Source of the DNA: Candidatus Neptunichlamydia sp.
GTDB taxonomy: Bacteria; Chlamydiota; Chlamydiia; Chlamydiales; Simkaniaceae
DNA: 64,000 bases
NCBI GenBank assembly: GCA_965233865.1
Contig: OZ247587.1
Span: 128,001 to 192,000 of the forward strand
Direction of reading: 5' to 3'
Under the pieces are notes generated by a model. The model searched no databases, was not told the origin of the DNA, and saw only the letters and a program-made list of their open reading frames with translations. The position numbers were made by a program, and so were the translations under genes. This document shows, piece by piece, positions 32,190 through 42,962 of the stretch. Position 1 is the first letter of the stretch; every line of letters begins with the position of its first letter.

Positions 32190-33554
32190 TTGGCGAAACC
32201 AAAACGAGAGCAGTGGAAGTCCCGTTTGGGATTTATCTGGGCGGCAGTCGGATCTGCAATAGGACTTGGAAGTATTTGGCGTTTCCCCTATGTTGTTGGT
32301 GAAAATGGGGGAGCAACTTTTGTTCTTCTTTATTTGATATGTTTATTGCTTGTTGGGTTTCCTGTTCTTATTTCAGAAATATTGATTGGAAGAAAAGCTC
32401 AGCTTAATCCCTCAGGTTCCTTTAAGCAGATTGGAAAGCATAAAGGGTGGCAAGGGGCCGGAAAGATGACGATTCTTACGGGTTTTTTGGTTAGCTCCTT
32501 TTATACAGTGATAGCTGGGTGGACGCTGGGATACTTTATCCAAGCAATTTTAGGGCAGCTCACTCACTTTACATCTGCAAGTGAGGCAACCCACCACTTT
32601 CAACATTTTAGCATTTCTCTCTTTTGGGGAATCGGCTCTTTAATGGGGTTTTTGATCCTGTCCTTTCTTATTCTATACACGGGAGTGCAGCAGGGGATTG
32701 AAGCAGGAAACAAGGTAATGATGCCTCTTCTTCTTTTTGTGTTGGTTTTCCTAGCGATTAAAGGGTTAATGACACCAGGAGGCGCAGAGGGAGTGGCATT
32801 TATTTTTAAGCCCAATTGGGCTGAAATCACACCAACTGCCATTTTGCTTGCATTGGGCCAAGCCTTTTTTTCCCTCAGCTTAGGCCAAGGAACAATGGTG
32901 ACTTATGGAAGCTATTTAGGGAAAAAGGGAAATATTCCAGGAACCTGCCTTCCTATTATGCTGTTTGGAATTTGTATTAGCTTGGTTGCAGGAATTGCAA
33001 TTTTTACCATCGTTTTTTCGGCGGGGCTATCGCCATCATCGGGTGAGAGTTTGATGTTCCAAACATTGCCGATCATTTTTTCTCAGATTTCTGGGGGATA
33101 TTTTATGTGCCTCCTCTTTTTCCTATTGCTAGTTTTGGCAGCTCTAACCTCTCAAATTTCAGCAATGGAACCGTTAATTGCCTACTTTATTGACACGAAA
33201 AAATGGAAGCGGCACAGGGCCGTTTTGACGACAACGATTGCGGTGTTCATTGTTGCGCTCCCTTGTGTCTTATCTTTTGGGCCTTGGAAGGAGGTTACTC
33301 TGTTTGGGAAGAGCTTTTTCAACATTCTCCTCTTTTTATGCCTAAACATTTTGATCCCTCTTGGGGGGCTTGCTGCAGTAATCTTAGTGGGATGGAGATG
33401 GAGCTTTAGAAGTGCCTATCCTCACTTAAAAGAGGGAGCAGAAGGGCTTTTTAAAAGTTATCCTTCTCTGAGGTGGTACTTTGGGATCAGTATCAAGTAC
33501 ATCGCTCCATCAATTATTGTCATTGTAATGTTAGATGCTCTTGGAGTCTTTTAA
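32190..33554 (+). CDS. Sodium-dependent transporter (NSS/SNF family)
   Basis: REQWKSRLGFIWAAVGSAIGLGSIWRFPY and GQAFFSLSLG motifs. Confidence 0.93.
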   Translation: MAKPKREQWKSRLGFIWAAVGSAIGLGSIWRFPYVVGENGGATFVLLYLICLLLVGFPVLISEILIGRKAQLNPSGSFKQIGKHKGWQGAGKMTILTGFLVSSFYTVIAGWTLGYFIQAILGQLTHFTSASEATHHFQHFSISLFWGIGSLMGFLILSFLILYTGVQQGIEAGNKVMMPLLLFVLVFLAIKGLMTPGGAEGVAFIFKPNWAEITPTAILLALGQAFFSLSLGQGTMVTYGSYLGKKGNIPGTCLPIMLFGICISLVAGIAIFTIVFSAGLSPSSGESLMFQTLPIIFSQISGGYFMCLLFFLLLVLAALTSQISAMEPLIAYFIDTKKWKRHRAVLTTTIAVFIVALPCVLSFGPWKEVTLFGKSFFNILLFLCLNILIPLGGLAAVILVGWRWSFRSAYPHLKEGAEGLFKSYPSLRWYFGISIKYIAPSIIVIVMLDALGVF

Positions 33555-33696
33555 ATGATGGAGGATCACCATTTTTGCTCAAGCGCTTCCTCCTCTTTTT
33601 GCACGCCTCGTGATTAGGAGAGATTTTTCGACGCTTGGAATTCTGCAAGATCTTTTCGTAGGGATGTAAATTTCTTTTTTAGGGCCTGTTGCGCCG

Positions 33697-35997
33697 TTGA
33701 TTCAGCTTGCAATTCTTTATGATGCTTTCCTATACAAAAAGGTAGGATATCGCCTAGATCGGCGCGCATTTTCCTTTCTAAAAGATGCCAAAGAATTTCG
33801 TGATTCTGCTAAAGCATTAGGGGTATTCAAAGCACTCCCGCTCTTTTTAATCATCTCTATTGTTCCTACATTTTTTGCCACACCCTCAATTTGGGTGCTT
33901 GTTGGTGTTCCCCTATGGTTTTTCCCAAAGGATTCCCTAGTATTAATTTGGGAAAAGGAGCTTTTTTATCGCCCTTTTCAAAAAACGCAAGGGAACTTTA
34001 GCTCTTTTGCTCAAAAGGAAATCATTCGTCCAACAGAGATTTACCACGCATACTCCAAGAAATATCCTCTATACCGCCATACTAAAGGGTTTCAAGGTGA
34101 AAAGATTGTGAATATCAATGCAAAAGGAAAACCCCATGTGATTTTTCTTTTTTTTGAATCACTCAGAGCTAAAGACCTCTATCGCCTTCCCAACTTGAGC
34201 GCACTTTCTAAAGAGTGTTACACTTTCCCCAACTTCTACTCAAATTCCGTTTTGACCTTCCGCTCTTTTTTTACATCCCTCTATGGTCTTCCCTACGAAC
34301 TCGGAATTTCTGGTGGTCTTGATCGGGAATTGGATATCTATGGGCTTCCAGATATTCTCAAAAGAGAGGGATATGAGCGTAATTTTTTTACTGGAGCAAC
34401 TTGGTCTTTAAACGGAATCGGTCCCTTTCTTTCGAAATATGGAGGGGATCGTGTTTTTGACCGTAAACAGCTTTTAGAACACTATGGAAAAATCGATCAA
34501 AGTTCGTGGGGCGTTGCAGATGAATATCTGTTAGATTTTACTGCAAATCATCTGGAGCAGCATAAGGATACACCCCAATTTTACTCTTTATTGACAATCT
34601 CGTCTCATCATCCTTGGAATGGTCCCAAAAGCTATTTGGGACCTACTTTTGAAGAAGAGGAAGGGGAATATACCTCAAAATATCTGCAAACCCTTCACTA
34701 TACCGACCATTGCATTGGGACATTTATCAAACAGCTCAAAAAGCAAAATCTTTCAAAAGACGTCCTTCTCTTTATTACTGGGGATCATGGGTTTTATCTA
34801 GGAGATGGGGATCGAGGATTTGAATATCAAAGGGGCACACATCCTGATAATTTTCATGTGCCGCTTATGATTTATGGGGAAGGGAGGACACAAAATCCAC
34901 AAGAAATATTGACCTGGGGTTCTCATGCAGACCTTTACCCCACATTTCTCGACTTTTTCAACATTAATGGAATCCAGCATTCAATAGGAAAATCACTCCT
35001 GAGAAAGGATGAAAACCCACCAGTTTTTTATCACAATCCTTCACATCATAGTAGAGGGCTTTGCTCGAAGAATGCGTCTAAAAAAACTGAAAAGAGCTTT
35101 CAAGAGATAATGCAATATATGTTTCAAGAGGGTGCTCTAGCTCCAGGCAAAGAAGAGAGAAATCGTTTAAGGCTTGAGCCACTCGAGCCTTCTTTGAAGC
35201 TCGATAAGAACTCACTACTCAAAGAGATCAGAGAAAAGAGTCCAATGGTGACCCTCAATCTCAATTGTCATCAAGGGTTGAATGACACGCTCCTCAAATC
35301 GGTTTCGAAGTGGAACCCCGATCTTCATCATCTTTCAATCAACCAATCCTATAGGGTTACGGATCAAGGGGTGAAAGAGGTGATAGCTAGCTGTTCCTCT
35401 CTGGTATCACTCGACCTTTCTTATTGCCCTTTGATCACCGCTAACTGTCTGGAGTCTCTTCCAGAATCCTTCTATGAATTGAATTTGGCTGGGACAGACG
35501 TAGTTTTTGATCGTCCCATAAAAGACTTAGAGATACTAAACTTAGAAAGAACTCCCATTTCAGCGGTTGCTTTATCCAATCTTTCTCTTCTATGCTCTCA
35601 CCTTTTGACCCTACGTCTTTCTTACCCAAAGTTTACCGGAACCGTGATTCGGAAAGCGATAGATCCACTCCCTCTATATCGCTTATCCATCAACGAATGT
35701 GATCAAATGAGCGATGAAGAGGCAGAGGAGTTTTTTGTTCCTCACCCTCATCTTCGGTTTCTATTTTTGAAAAGATGTCATCAATTAACGGATGCTCTTT
35801 TTCAAGGAATGAAAGATATTTCTCTTCGTCATTTGACCCTTCAAGGGGCTCATTCTTTAACAGATGAGGGGCTTATAGCTTTGCTCAAGCTTCCTCTTAA
35901 TTCTTTAGAAATTCAGGGGTGTCCTAACTTGACTGATCGAGGAATTTCTGCGATTGAACTACACCAGTCGAAATTTTCAAAACTTAAAATTGGATAG
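33697..35997 (+). CDS. LTA synthase-like sulfatase fused to C-terminal leucine-rich repeats; upstream N-terminal segment separated by an in-frame TAA
   Basis: HVIFLFFESL, SSHHPW and GDHG motifs, then LRRs such as LVSLDLSYCPLIT and LEIQGCPNLTDRG; in-frame TAA at 33667-33669. Confidence 0.8.
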   Translation: MIQLAILYDAFLYKKVGYRLDRRAFSFLKDAKEFRDSAKALGVFKALPLFLIISIVPTFFATPSIWVLVGVPLWFFPKDSLVLIWEKELFYRPFQKTQGNFSSFAQKEIIRPTEIYHAYSKKYPLYRHTKGFQGEKIVNINAKGKPHVIFLFFESLRAKDLYRLPNLSALSKECYTFPNFYSNSVLTFRSFFTSLYGLPYELGISGGLDRELDIYGLPDILKREGYERNFFTGATWSLNGIGPFLSKYGGDRVFDRKQLLEHYGKIDQSSWGVADEYLLDFTANHLEQHKDTPQFYSLLTISSHHPWNGPKSYLGPTFEEEEGEYTSKYLQTLHYTDHCIGTFIKQLKKQNLSKDVLLFITGDHGFYLGDGDRGFEYQRGTHPDNFHVPLMIYGEGRTQNPQEILTWGSHADLYPTFLDFFNINGIQHSIGKSLLRKDENPPVFYHNPSHHSRGLCSKNASKKTEKSFQEIMQYMFQEGALAPGKEERNRLRLEPLEPSLKLDKNSLLKEIREKSPMVTLNLNCHQGLNDTLLKSVSKWNPDLHHLSINQSYRVTDQGVKEVIASCSSLVSLDLSYCPLITANCLESLPESFYELNLAGTDVVFDRPIKDLEILNLERTPISAVALSNLSLLCSHLLTLRLSYPKFTGTVIRKAIDPLPLYRLSINECDQMSDEEAEEFFVPHPHLRFLFLKRCHQLTDALFQGMKDISLRHLTLQGAHSLTDEGLIALLKLPLNSLEIQGCPNLTDRGISAIELHQSKFSKLKIG

Positions 35998-36086
35998 TAG
36001 TGCAACCCATCTAAACAAGTTCAATTACTGGTCATTTTGTCGATGCAAAACAAAATCAAATATCTTACGCGGCAAGGGTAGAGGGT

Positions 36087-37640
36087 TTAGGCTGGTGTAA
36101 GCTCTGCAGCAAGAGTTTTGGGGTCCTCTTCTATTGTAGCAAGAGCGGCTTCTTTTTCTGTGAGTTCTTTATTGAGGTGTCTTACAGAATAGCTCCAATA
36201 GAGGCTGGCACCAAGGACGATGGGGATCAAGTAAGGAGTAATAAATAGGACAGAGCTGGTCCCAAGAACGTGCATTAGCCCAACTTGCACCCATGAAGAG
36301 CTGGATTTCCCAAGACGGGATCCGACCATGTCAATAGCAGCCTTTCCCTTGACTTTTGATTCTTGATCAAGAGGAATGTAGGCCATCTCCTTGGTCGAAT
36401 CAAAGAACGAATACTTGACAACCTTACTTGCCACATTTTGGAAAGCTCCCACTAGCACAAGAAGGACTAATGGTGTCGTCCCAAAAATGGCTGCGACAGG
36501 CCCAAGGGAATCTTTGAAGTAAGAAAGGACAAAAAAAATGGCACCGGTTGTGCCAACGATAATAGGTGTAATTTGTGCACTAAAGTGCCAACCAAATCTC
36601 CGGAGGAAATTTCCCCCAAGGAAAAGAACAGTAATCAGTGCAACAACGCCAACAATTGTTGTTACCTTCGAAATGAAAGCCATGTAGTCTCCTGTTTCAG
36701 GGAACAAAGAGTGGACATGGGCTTTCCAAGTCACTTCTACCATATTTATGGTGAGTGCACACCCAATCACTAGGACTGCGATACACAAGAGGTATTTAGA
36801 AGAAAAGATATGCTTAATGCTCTTTCCTAAGGTCAGTTTTGTTTTTTCGTTAAGGGTATGCTTAGTCACTGAAGGGTCAAAGTAGCGCTTATCAGAGAGG
36901 ACATATTTGTTCATCCACCAGTAAAGGGTGATGATACCAATGCCTGCGATTAGAACATAGGAAAGGAGTGATTGGAGGGTTGATGTAAAATCACCTAAGG
37001 AGAATTTCATGACATAATGGAGGACTAGAGGGCCTGCTACGATCGTTGCTAAGTCTCCAGCTGCAATAAAGAGAGTGTAGGTTCTTTTAGCTTCTTTAAC
37101 CTGACAGATATGGTTCGCGAATCCCCAGTAGAGGATGAAGATTACAACTTGAGCCCAAAGCTCTGCAGTAACAAAGAAGAGAGAGTGAATCCAATTTCTG
37201 TAGACAGCAATCCAGTGGGTGTACTTTGCTCCAAGTTTCATCGTGAGCCAATCTGAGCTAGCATGGGGGCTGAGAGCTTCAGCATTGGGGAATAGGATAA
37301 ACCCATACAAAAAAATGATAATAAGGAAGAAGATAATAATCGAATAGAATAGAGTCGAGCGTTTGCATTGATTACTTAGTTTGGAGTAGGCCACAGCGCA
37401 AAGAAGTGATAGTGGAAAAACGAGCCAGCCCTTAAGGACAGGGATTACTTCTGCTCCGGATTGACTTGCTGTGACAACTAGGCTATCTTTCATGCAAGTG
37501 AGTGTTGCATAGACGATAGAGGCTAAAAACTTGAGAAGAAGGAGAGGAAGGACCTTTTTAAGTTCAAAACGCTGAACCGGCCAGATTTTCTTTATCCAAG
37601 AACTATTTGAGTCTAATTCAGATGATTTCATATCTGCCAT
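36087..37640 (-). CDS. ADP/ATP or nucleotide translocase (Npt/TLC family)
   Basis: ELKKVLPL, KDSLVVT..GAEVIP.LK, AELW, INMVEVTWK and KYSFFDSTKEMAYIPLD...KGKAAID..GSRLGKS motifs. Confidence 0.93.
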   Translation of the reverse strand: MADMKSSELDSNSSWIKKIWPVQRFELKKVLPLLLLKFLASIVYATLTCMKDSLVVTASQSGAEVIPVLKGWLVFPLSLLCAVAYSKLSNQCKRSTLFYSIIIFFLIIIFLYGFILFPNAEALSPHASSDWLTMKLGAKYTHWIAVYRNWIHSLFFVTAELWAQVVIFILYWGFANHICQVKEAKRTYTLFIAAGDLATIVAGPLVLHYVMKFSLGDFTSTLQSLLSYVLIAGIGIITLYWWMNKYVLSDKRYFDPSVTKHTLNEKTKLTLGKSIKHIFSSKYLLCIAVLVIGCALTINMVEVTWKAHVHSLFPETGDYMAFISKVTTIVGVVALITVLFLGGNFLRRFGWHFSAQITPIIVGTTGAIFFVLSYFKDSLGPVAAIFGTTPLVLLVLVGAFQNVASKVVKYSFFDSTKEMAYIPLDQESKVKGKAAIDMVGSRLGKSSSSWVQVGLMHVLGTSSVLFITPYLIPIVLGASLYWSYSVRHLNKELTEKEAALATIEEDPKTLAAELTPA

Positions 37641-37681
37641 TTTAGCGGCATATTGTATCAAATTACGATCAAAACGCAAGC

Positions 37682-37715
37682 AAAAAAAACCTCGAGGAAA
37701 ATCTCGAGGTTTTTT
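37682..37715. terminator. Bidirectional intrinsic terminator
   Basis: A-run, stem CCTCGAG / CTCGAGG around a short loop, T-run; just downstream of 37737-38321 (-). Confidence 0.75.
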
Positions 37716-37736
37716 GATCTCTTTCAAAAAAATGAT

Positions 37737-38321
37737 TTACGCTTCTTCTTTTTGATCCATTCCAAGAAGCGTTTGATTATCTTGGCGATCATCTTGAGTT
37801 AAATCTTTAATCACATTTTCTTGAAGAGCTAAGCGTTGGGCCTCTCCAGTAAATCGATCTTTGAATTCGTTAAGTTGAGTAACTTCATCTCTATCATCTT
37901 TAAGAGAAATACTCTTTTGAGAAGTAAGTTCACTCAAGATATAATTTGCTTTTGCAAGGCGCATTTTTTTCTTTTTAGAATTTTCATATTCTACTTTTCC
38001 AAATTTTTCTGGATGCTTAAGATAGAGAACGCGGAGGAAACTCTCAGCTCTATTCGCAATCTTTTTTTCGGCCCAGATTCGAAATACAGCCACATTAGAC
38101 TTCAGCATCTTATTTTCGAAGTTTTCATTAAGTCCGTAAGGTTTAAGCATGATTCCAAGTTCGAGCATCATTTGGGTGTCGCTGAGATCGAATACGATCA
38201 TCTTGCGATTGACGTTAGTGTAGCGGATTGATTCATCTCGACGCTCAGAAGACTGAAGGGTCTGGAACTCGATTCTTTTAGACAACTCTTCAGAAGTAAA
38301 GATTTTTTCATCTAATAACAT
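37737..38321 (-). CDS. Hypothetical charged protein
   Basis: 194-aa ORF with RBS, AT-rich upstream region and a downstream terminator. Confidence 0.65.
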   Translation of the reverse strand: MLLDEKIFTSEELSKRIEFQTLQSSERRDESIRYTNVNRKMIVFDLSDTQMMLELGIMLKPYGLNENFENKMLKSNVAVFRIWAEKKIANRAESFLRVLYLKHPEKFGKVEYENSKKKKMRLAKANYILSELTSQKSISLKDDRDEVTQLNEFKDRFTGEAQRLALQENVIKDLTQDDRQDNQTLLGMDQKEEA

Positions 38322-38977
38322 TGTTTTACCTTTTTAATATATTATTAACTCTTAACTATATTATTACAATTATCTTTATAATTGTCTAATAAAAAATTAA
38401 TAATTATATATATCTTATTTTAAGCGAGATGCATTCTGCAAGCCTAATGGATTAGAGTTTAGGGTGCTAATTATTAATTCTAGTTAATTGTTTATGTTTT
38501 ATAATAAATAAGTTGTGTAGTTAGCAGTAAAAAAAATAATAAAGAAAAATATTAAGAGCCAAGCCCAATAGAAATAGGAAGGAAAGGGAAGCTAGGTCTT
38601 AAAAGAACGTTTACTAAATATTACTTAAGACCATAAGGTCTAATTAGGTTACCCATCTTCAGCATTGTAGCTAAGTCACCTAGTTCAAAACGAAGCTGCT
38701 TGCGATTGCTAGCTAGATTGAATGGTTAGAAATTCAAAAATTGATCTAAGTTACTTATAATTAAGCGCTTTTTATCAAACCTTATAATTATTATCCAAAT
38801 ATGAAGCAGTTATGTTGTTGGGAATTTCGTTCTTTTGGGTTAAGAAATTAATGGAATAGTCTCATGGCGACTGCTAACTCTTAAAATGATTCAGAAGCTT
38901 TTAAAGGCAAAATTTAGCACTCTCTGAATTGAATTAGCACTTGATTGCTTTCACTGTCAGAGTGTACATTAGATTCC

Positions 38978-39544
38978 ATGTCAGACCTTCTCGACGAATT
39001 ACTTATCCAGGCATCAGACGCCACACAGCAGCCACCAGCCCCTGAGGGTGGGATTCTGAGGCAATGGATCCCAGGTTGGATTAGACATCCAGTAAAATGC
39101 GTTCTAGCTCCCTTTGTTGCTATGGATTATCATATGCAACGCTTTGCTAGAAAGCTTGTCCGCCCCCCTTTCAAGCAAGAAGGAGGATGTAAGAAAAGGG
39201 GAAACTGCTGCCACTATGTTCTGATTCGTCATTCTCCCTCCTTTATTGGTCGCTTCTTCTTTTTCTGGTATACTCAGTTTCTGGGATTCTATCCTCGTCT
39301 TAAAGAACCCCAAGAATATGAAGGAAAGATGATGCACGTGATGGGATGTCGCTACCTCAAAAAAGATGGCTCTTGTGCTCAATACCGTCTACGTCCCCTT
39401 GTTTGTCGCCAGTGGCCGATGATTGAACACTTTGGCTATCCCAGAATTCTCAAAGGGTGTGGTTATCGATCAAACCCTATTTACCCGAATGAAACTCCCG
39501 ATAAACTCGAAGATGGGGATCCCCGCCTCAAAGTTATTCAATAA
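38978..39544 (+). CDS. YkgJ/CxxCxxCC cysteine-cluster protein
   Basis: CKKRGNCC...CRYL...CAQYRLRPLVCRQWP pattern. Confidence 0.8.
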   Translation: MSDLLDELLIQASDATQQPPAPEGGILRQWIPGWIRHPVKCVLAPFVAMDYHMQRFARKLVRPPFKQEGGCKKRGNCCHYVLIRHSPSFIGRFFFFWYTQFLGFYPRLKEPQEYEGKMMHVMGCRYLKKDGSCAQYRLRPLVCRQWPMIEHFGYPRILKGCGYRSNPIYPNETPDKLEDGDPRLKVIQ

Positions 39545-39665
39545 TGCAAGAAAGTTTCGAAGGCCATTCTAGGCCCTGCCTCTAATGAGATAAGAGTCAT
39601 TGAGTAAAAAAAATGATTCAATTAAGATGCCTTGTCTAAAACATATCAAAAAGGTGAAAGAAATT

Positions 39666-40253
39666 ATGACATTCAAACAATCTGATCTCCCCTATGATTT
39701 AAAAGCACTAGCTCCCTTTGTTTCTGAAGAACAAATGGACTACCATTATAATAAGCATCATGCTGCATACTTCAAGAAGTTGAATGCTCTTGTAGAAGGA
39801 AAATTAGAGGGTGATAAAGATCTAGATACTGTTGTCAAAGAATCGACTGGAGGCGTTTTTAATAACGCTGCTCAAGCATGGAATCATACTTTTTTCTGGA
39901 ATTGCATGTCGCCTAATGGTGGTGGAAAGCCAAGCGGAGAGATGCTTAACGCCATTGAAAGAGATTTTGGGAGTCTGGAGATATTCATGAAGAAATTTTC
40001 CGATAGCGCAGCAACCCTCTTTGGGTCGGGATGGGCTTGGCTTGCATCAGATGGCCAAGGAAATCTTGAAATCATGCCTCTAAGTAATGCAGATACGCCT
40101 TTAAAGCATGGGAAAACTCCTATTCTTACGTTGGATGTGTGGGAACATGCGTATTATATTGATTATCGCAACGAAAGACCCCGATTCATCGAACAGTTCC
40201 GAGATGTTATCAATTGGGATTTTGCTCTCAAGTGTTACAAGGGGCAATCATGA
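39666..40253 (+). CDS. sodB: Fe/Mn superoxide dismutase, probably Fe type
   Basis: HYNKHH, FNNAAQAWNHTFFW, FGSGWAW and DVWEHAYYIDYRN motifs. Confidence 0.93.
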   Translation: MTFKQSDLPYDLKALAPFVSEEQMDYHYNKHHAAYFKKLNALVEGKLEGDKDLDTVVKESTGGVFNNAAQAWNHTFFWNCMSPNGGGKPSGEMLNAIERDFGSLEIFMKKFSDSAATLFGSGWAWLASDGQGNLEIMPLSNADTPLKHGKTPILTLDVWEHAYYIDYRNERPRFIEQFRDVINWDFALKCYKGQS

Positions 40254-40633
40254 CCGATAAGCAAAAACTTCTTCGCCTTCTTGATGATCTGTCCGACAAG
40301 CAGAAAGAAGTGAGTCGATGTCACGACTATTACGAGGTTCTTGAAAAGGAAATCGAAAGTAAAAAAGTTGGATTAGCTAATCCAGAGGATTATGCTGAAC
40401 TCGAAAAGATTATTGCTGCTCTAAATCGTGAGTATGAAGCAAAAAGCGATCTTTTGATGGAGGATCTCAATGAAAGTTTAATCAAGGGGCATGATCTTTC
40501 GAAGAAGATTGGAAAAGAAATTGCCTATGATTTTAAGAAACTTTGGGATTATATGACGCGTTCAATAAATACAGAAGTTCTACTAGACCGAGTTTTGCGC
40601 GATATTGACTATTTGAAAAAAGAGTTAGTTTAA
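40250..40633 (+). CDS. Hypothetical coiled-coil protein
   Basis: ATG overlaps the sod stop (ATGA); helical charged sequence. Confidence 0.6.
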   Translation: MTDKQKLLRLLDDLSDKQKEVSRCHDYYEVLEKEIESKKVGLANPEDYAELEKIIAALNREYEAKSDLLMEDLNESLIKGHDLSKKIGKEIAYDFKKLWDYMTRSINTEVLLDRVLRDIDYLKKELV

Positions 40634-40670
40634 CTCCTTGTCAATATTTTAGGAATTTATTACAAGCTGC

Positions 40671-41597
40671 TTGGATGATTCAGTAAAGATGCCCATGCAA
40701 GTTCGACAATCTAACAGCACCTTCGAGATGTTCTCGTTTCTTTTCATTTTTGCAATGTCCATGAGCCTGTTTGGAGATAATGGGTGCTCAGTCTTTGATA
40801 TTAAAAGGTACAAAATCCCTGATAGCTTAGAGGTAAGGAACTATGAAGATGTGACTTTGGATTGTGGAAAAAATGGGGGAGCACTTTTCACAATTAGCCT
40901 CCCAGAAGATATTCCACCTGAGGGGCTTCCTTGTTTTCTAATCGTTGGAGGATTAAAAACAGGTCGAGAAAGTCTTCAGTTTATTCCTGATCATGGGAAG
41001 TATGCTCTTATCGCTTATGAATATTCTGACATGCTAAAAAAACTTCATGAGGTGAATGTGCTATGGCATCTTTATACGGTTCGAAAGGCAATGTTAGAGG
41101 TTCCTTCTGAGTTGATTGGCATCCTAAAGTACCTTCATGATCAGTCTTGGATTAATGATCAGCCGATTAGCTTGATGGGATATAGTTTTGGTGCAACCTT
41201 CATGCCTGTAACTTATGTGAAAGCCGAAGAAGAAAGAATGGATCTAGGACCAGGAATACTATGCTATGGAGGGGCGGGGATCTACTGCTTGTTTAAAGCA
41301 AATGTTCCTGTGCCAAAGTTTTTAAAAGATCCAGTTTCTTCTATTGTCGCTGCTGCCTTTAAGCCCATTGATCCTATTCTTTACGCTCCAAGAATGAAAG
41401 GTGACTTTTTGATCCTTAATGGAATCTATGATTCACAAATCCCCATGGAATGTGCACATCGTCTTCAAAATCTGGTTCCAGAACCCAAAACAGTCATCAA
41501 CCTGAAAACCCAGCATATGCACCCTTCAAACACGGAGCTCAACCTAAGGTTGATCGATATTAGCAGAAAATGGCTCGATGAGAAACGTAAAAAATAA
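40671..41597 (+). CDS. Alpha/beta hydrolase fold protein (start uncertain, possibly 40728 with signal peptide)
   Basis: Nucleophile elbow GYSFG, NGIYDSQIP and late His (QHMHP). Confidence 0.7.
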   Translation: MDDSVKMPMQVRQSNSTFEMFSFLFIFAMSMSLFGDNGCSVFDIKRYKIPDSLEVRNYEDVTLDCGKNGGALFTISLPEDIPPEGLPCFLIVGGLKTGRESLQFIPDHGKYALIAYEYSDMLKKLHEVNVLWHLYTVRKAMLEVPSELIGILKYLHDQSWINDQPISLMGYSFGATFMPVTYVKAEEERMDLGPGILCYGGAGIYCLFKANVPVPKFLKDPVSSIVAAAFKPIDPILYAPRMKGDFLILNGIYDSQIPMECAHRLQNLVPEPKTVINLKTQHMHPSNTELNLRLIDISRKWLDEKRKK

Positions 41598-41688
41598 CAG
41601 TAAATTTGTTAAGCTTCCAGCATAGAGAATTGCCAAGAAGAGGTTTTAGCGCCTGAGTATTTTTCAAGAAAAGTTCCTTAAGTCCAGG

Positions 41689-42423
41689 TATAGCTAAAAT
41701 ATTTCGTTTTAGTTATACTTTTTTGAATGACGTATTCATTAGATTTTAGAAAAAAGGTACTGCTGATCCGAAGCACAGAAAATTTAAGTTTTGCTAAGAC
41801 AGCAAAACGTTTTGGTGTAAGTGTAAATAGCATATTTCTTCGGTCTAAGAGGCTAGAGGCAAAGCGCACTAAAAATAGACCTGCAATAAAGATTGAAAGA
41901 GATCGCTTGATGGAGGATATCAAAAAAATACCCTGATGCCTTCAACTATGAACGAGCATATCGTCTCAATGTAAGCCCTTCAGGTGTTCGTTGTGCCATA
42001 AAGCGGCTAAGAATTAGCTATAAAAAAAACACTTAACCATCCCAAGGCTTGCAAAAAAAAGAGATCTCTCTTCAGAGAAAAGATTGCAAGGTATGAATGC
42101 TTGGAACAAACCTTTTTACTCTTGCACTGTTTGATTGTAATATTAATACAGATGCCTTTAGCAGTTGGGCAGAGCAAAACTTGATGCCGAAACTTCCTTC
42201 TGAAAGCGTTTTAGTTATGGATAATTCATCGTTTCATAAAAGCAAATCTATGCAAGAAAAGGTCGAAGCTGCAGGCCACATCTTGGAATATTTTCCCCCA
42301 TATTTAAATCCTATTGAGCGTAAATGGGCACAAGCAAAATCTAAACGAAGAAAATATCAATGTGGAATTGATGAACTTTTTAAGGAATATTGCCTATAAC
42401 TAAATTATATCAACTTAGCTATA
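41689..42423 (+). mobile_element. IS630-family element, degenerate
   Basis: IRs TATAGCTAA / TTAGCTATA; HTH MTYSLDFRKKVL; DDE fragment VMDNSSFHK..NPIERKW; frameshifts and internal deletion. Confidence 0.88.
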
Positions 42424-42656
42424 TTTGACTTTTTTGGCATACTAAATGGGTCATTGCTTTTTTCAACTAATCCTAGAGAAAAAAGTGGAATTGCTCAAGT
42501 AGAGGTGAGAGCTTAAATGAACCAATACCTTGTCTTTTTCTTCCAAGAACGAGAAGCTTAACAAGCTCTAGAGTCATGAATTTTTCTATTGGAAATTCTT
42601 TCATTTTAATACCTATTATTGTGAACTAATATGTATATTATATCATTTATTTTTAA

Positions 42657-42908
42657 TTAATATCCAGCAACAATATGATTTAATATCTCATCAGGGATAT
42701 CTCTAGAAGGTTTCTCAGGAAGAATAAGATGGAGGGTGTTTGGTGTATTCTCATGAACCTCAATGGCTTGTGATTCATGTATTTCGAACCCATTGTCACT
42801 AAGAAACTTGTGTGGATCTGCTAAAACGAGGTCTTTTACTCCGGGATCATCCCAGATTTTTCGGACCAGAGCGGTCCACTGTTTGACGTTTGAGCTGCTA
42901 TTTTTCAT
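42657..42908 (-). CDS. NHLP (nitrile hydratase-like leader peptide) family RiPP precursor, essentially leader only
   Basis: LVRKIWDDP...LADPH..L...IEVHENTPNTLHLILPEKP...DEILNHIVAG-Y-stop; divergent from the NHLP transporter genes. Confidence 0.85.
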   Translation of the reverse strand: MKNSSSNVKQWTALVRKIWDDPGVKDLVLADPHKFLSDNGFEIHESQAIEVHENTPNTLHLILPEKPSRDIPDEILNHIVAGY

Positions 42909-42962
42909 CCTCTTTGTTGTAATTCTTGATTTGATTATTTGCAATTGCTATTAACAAAATTC

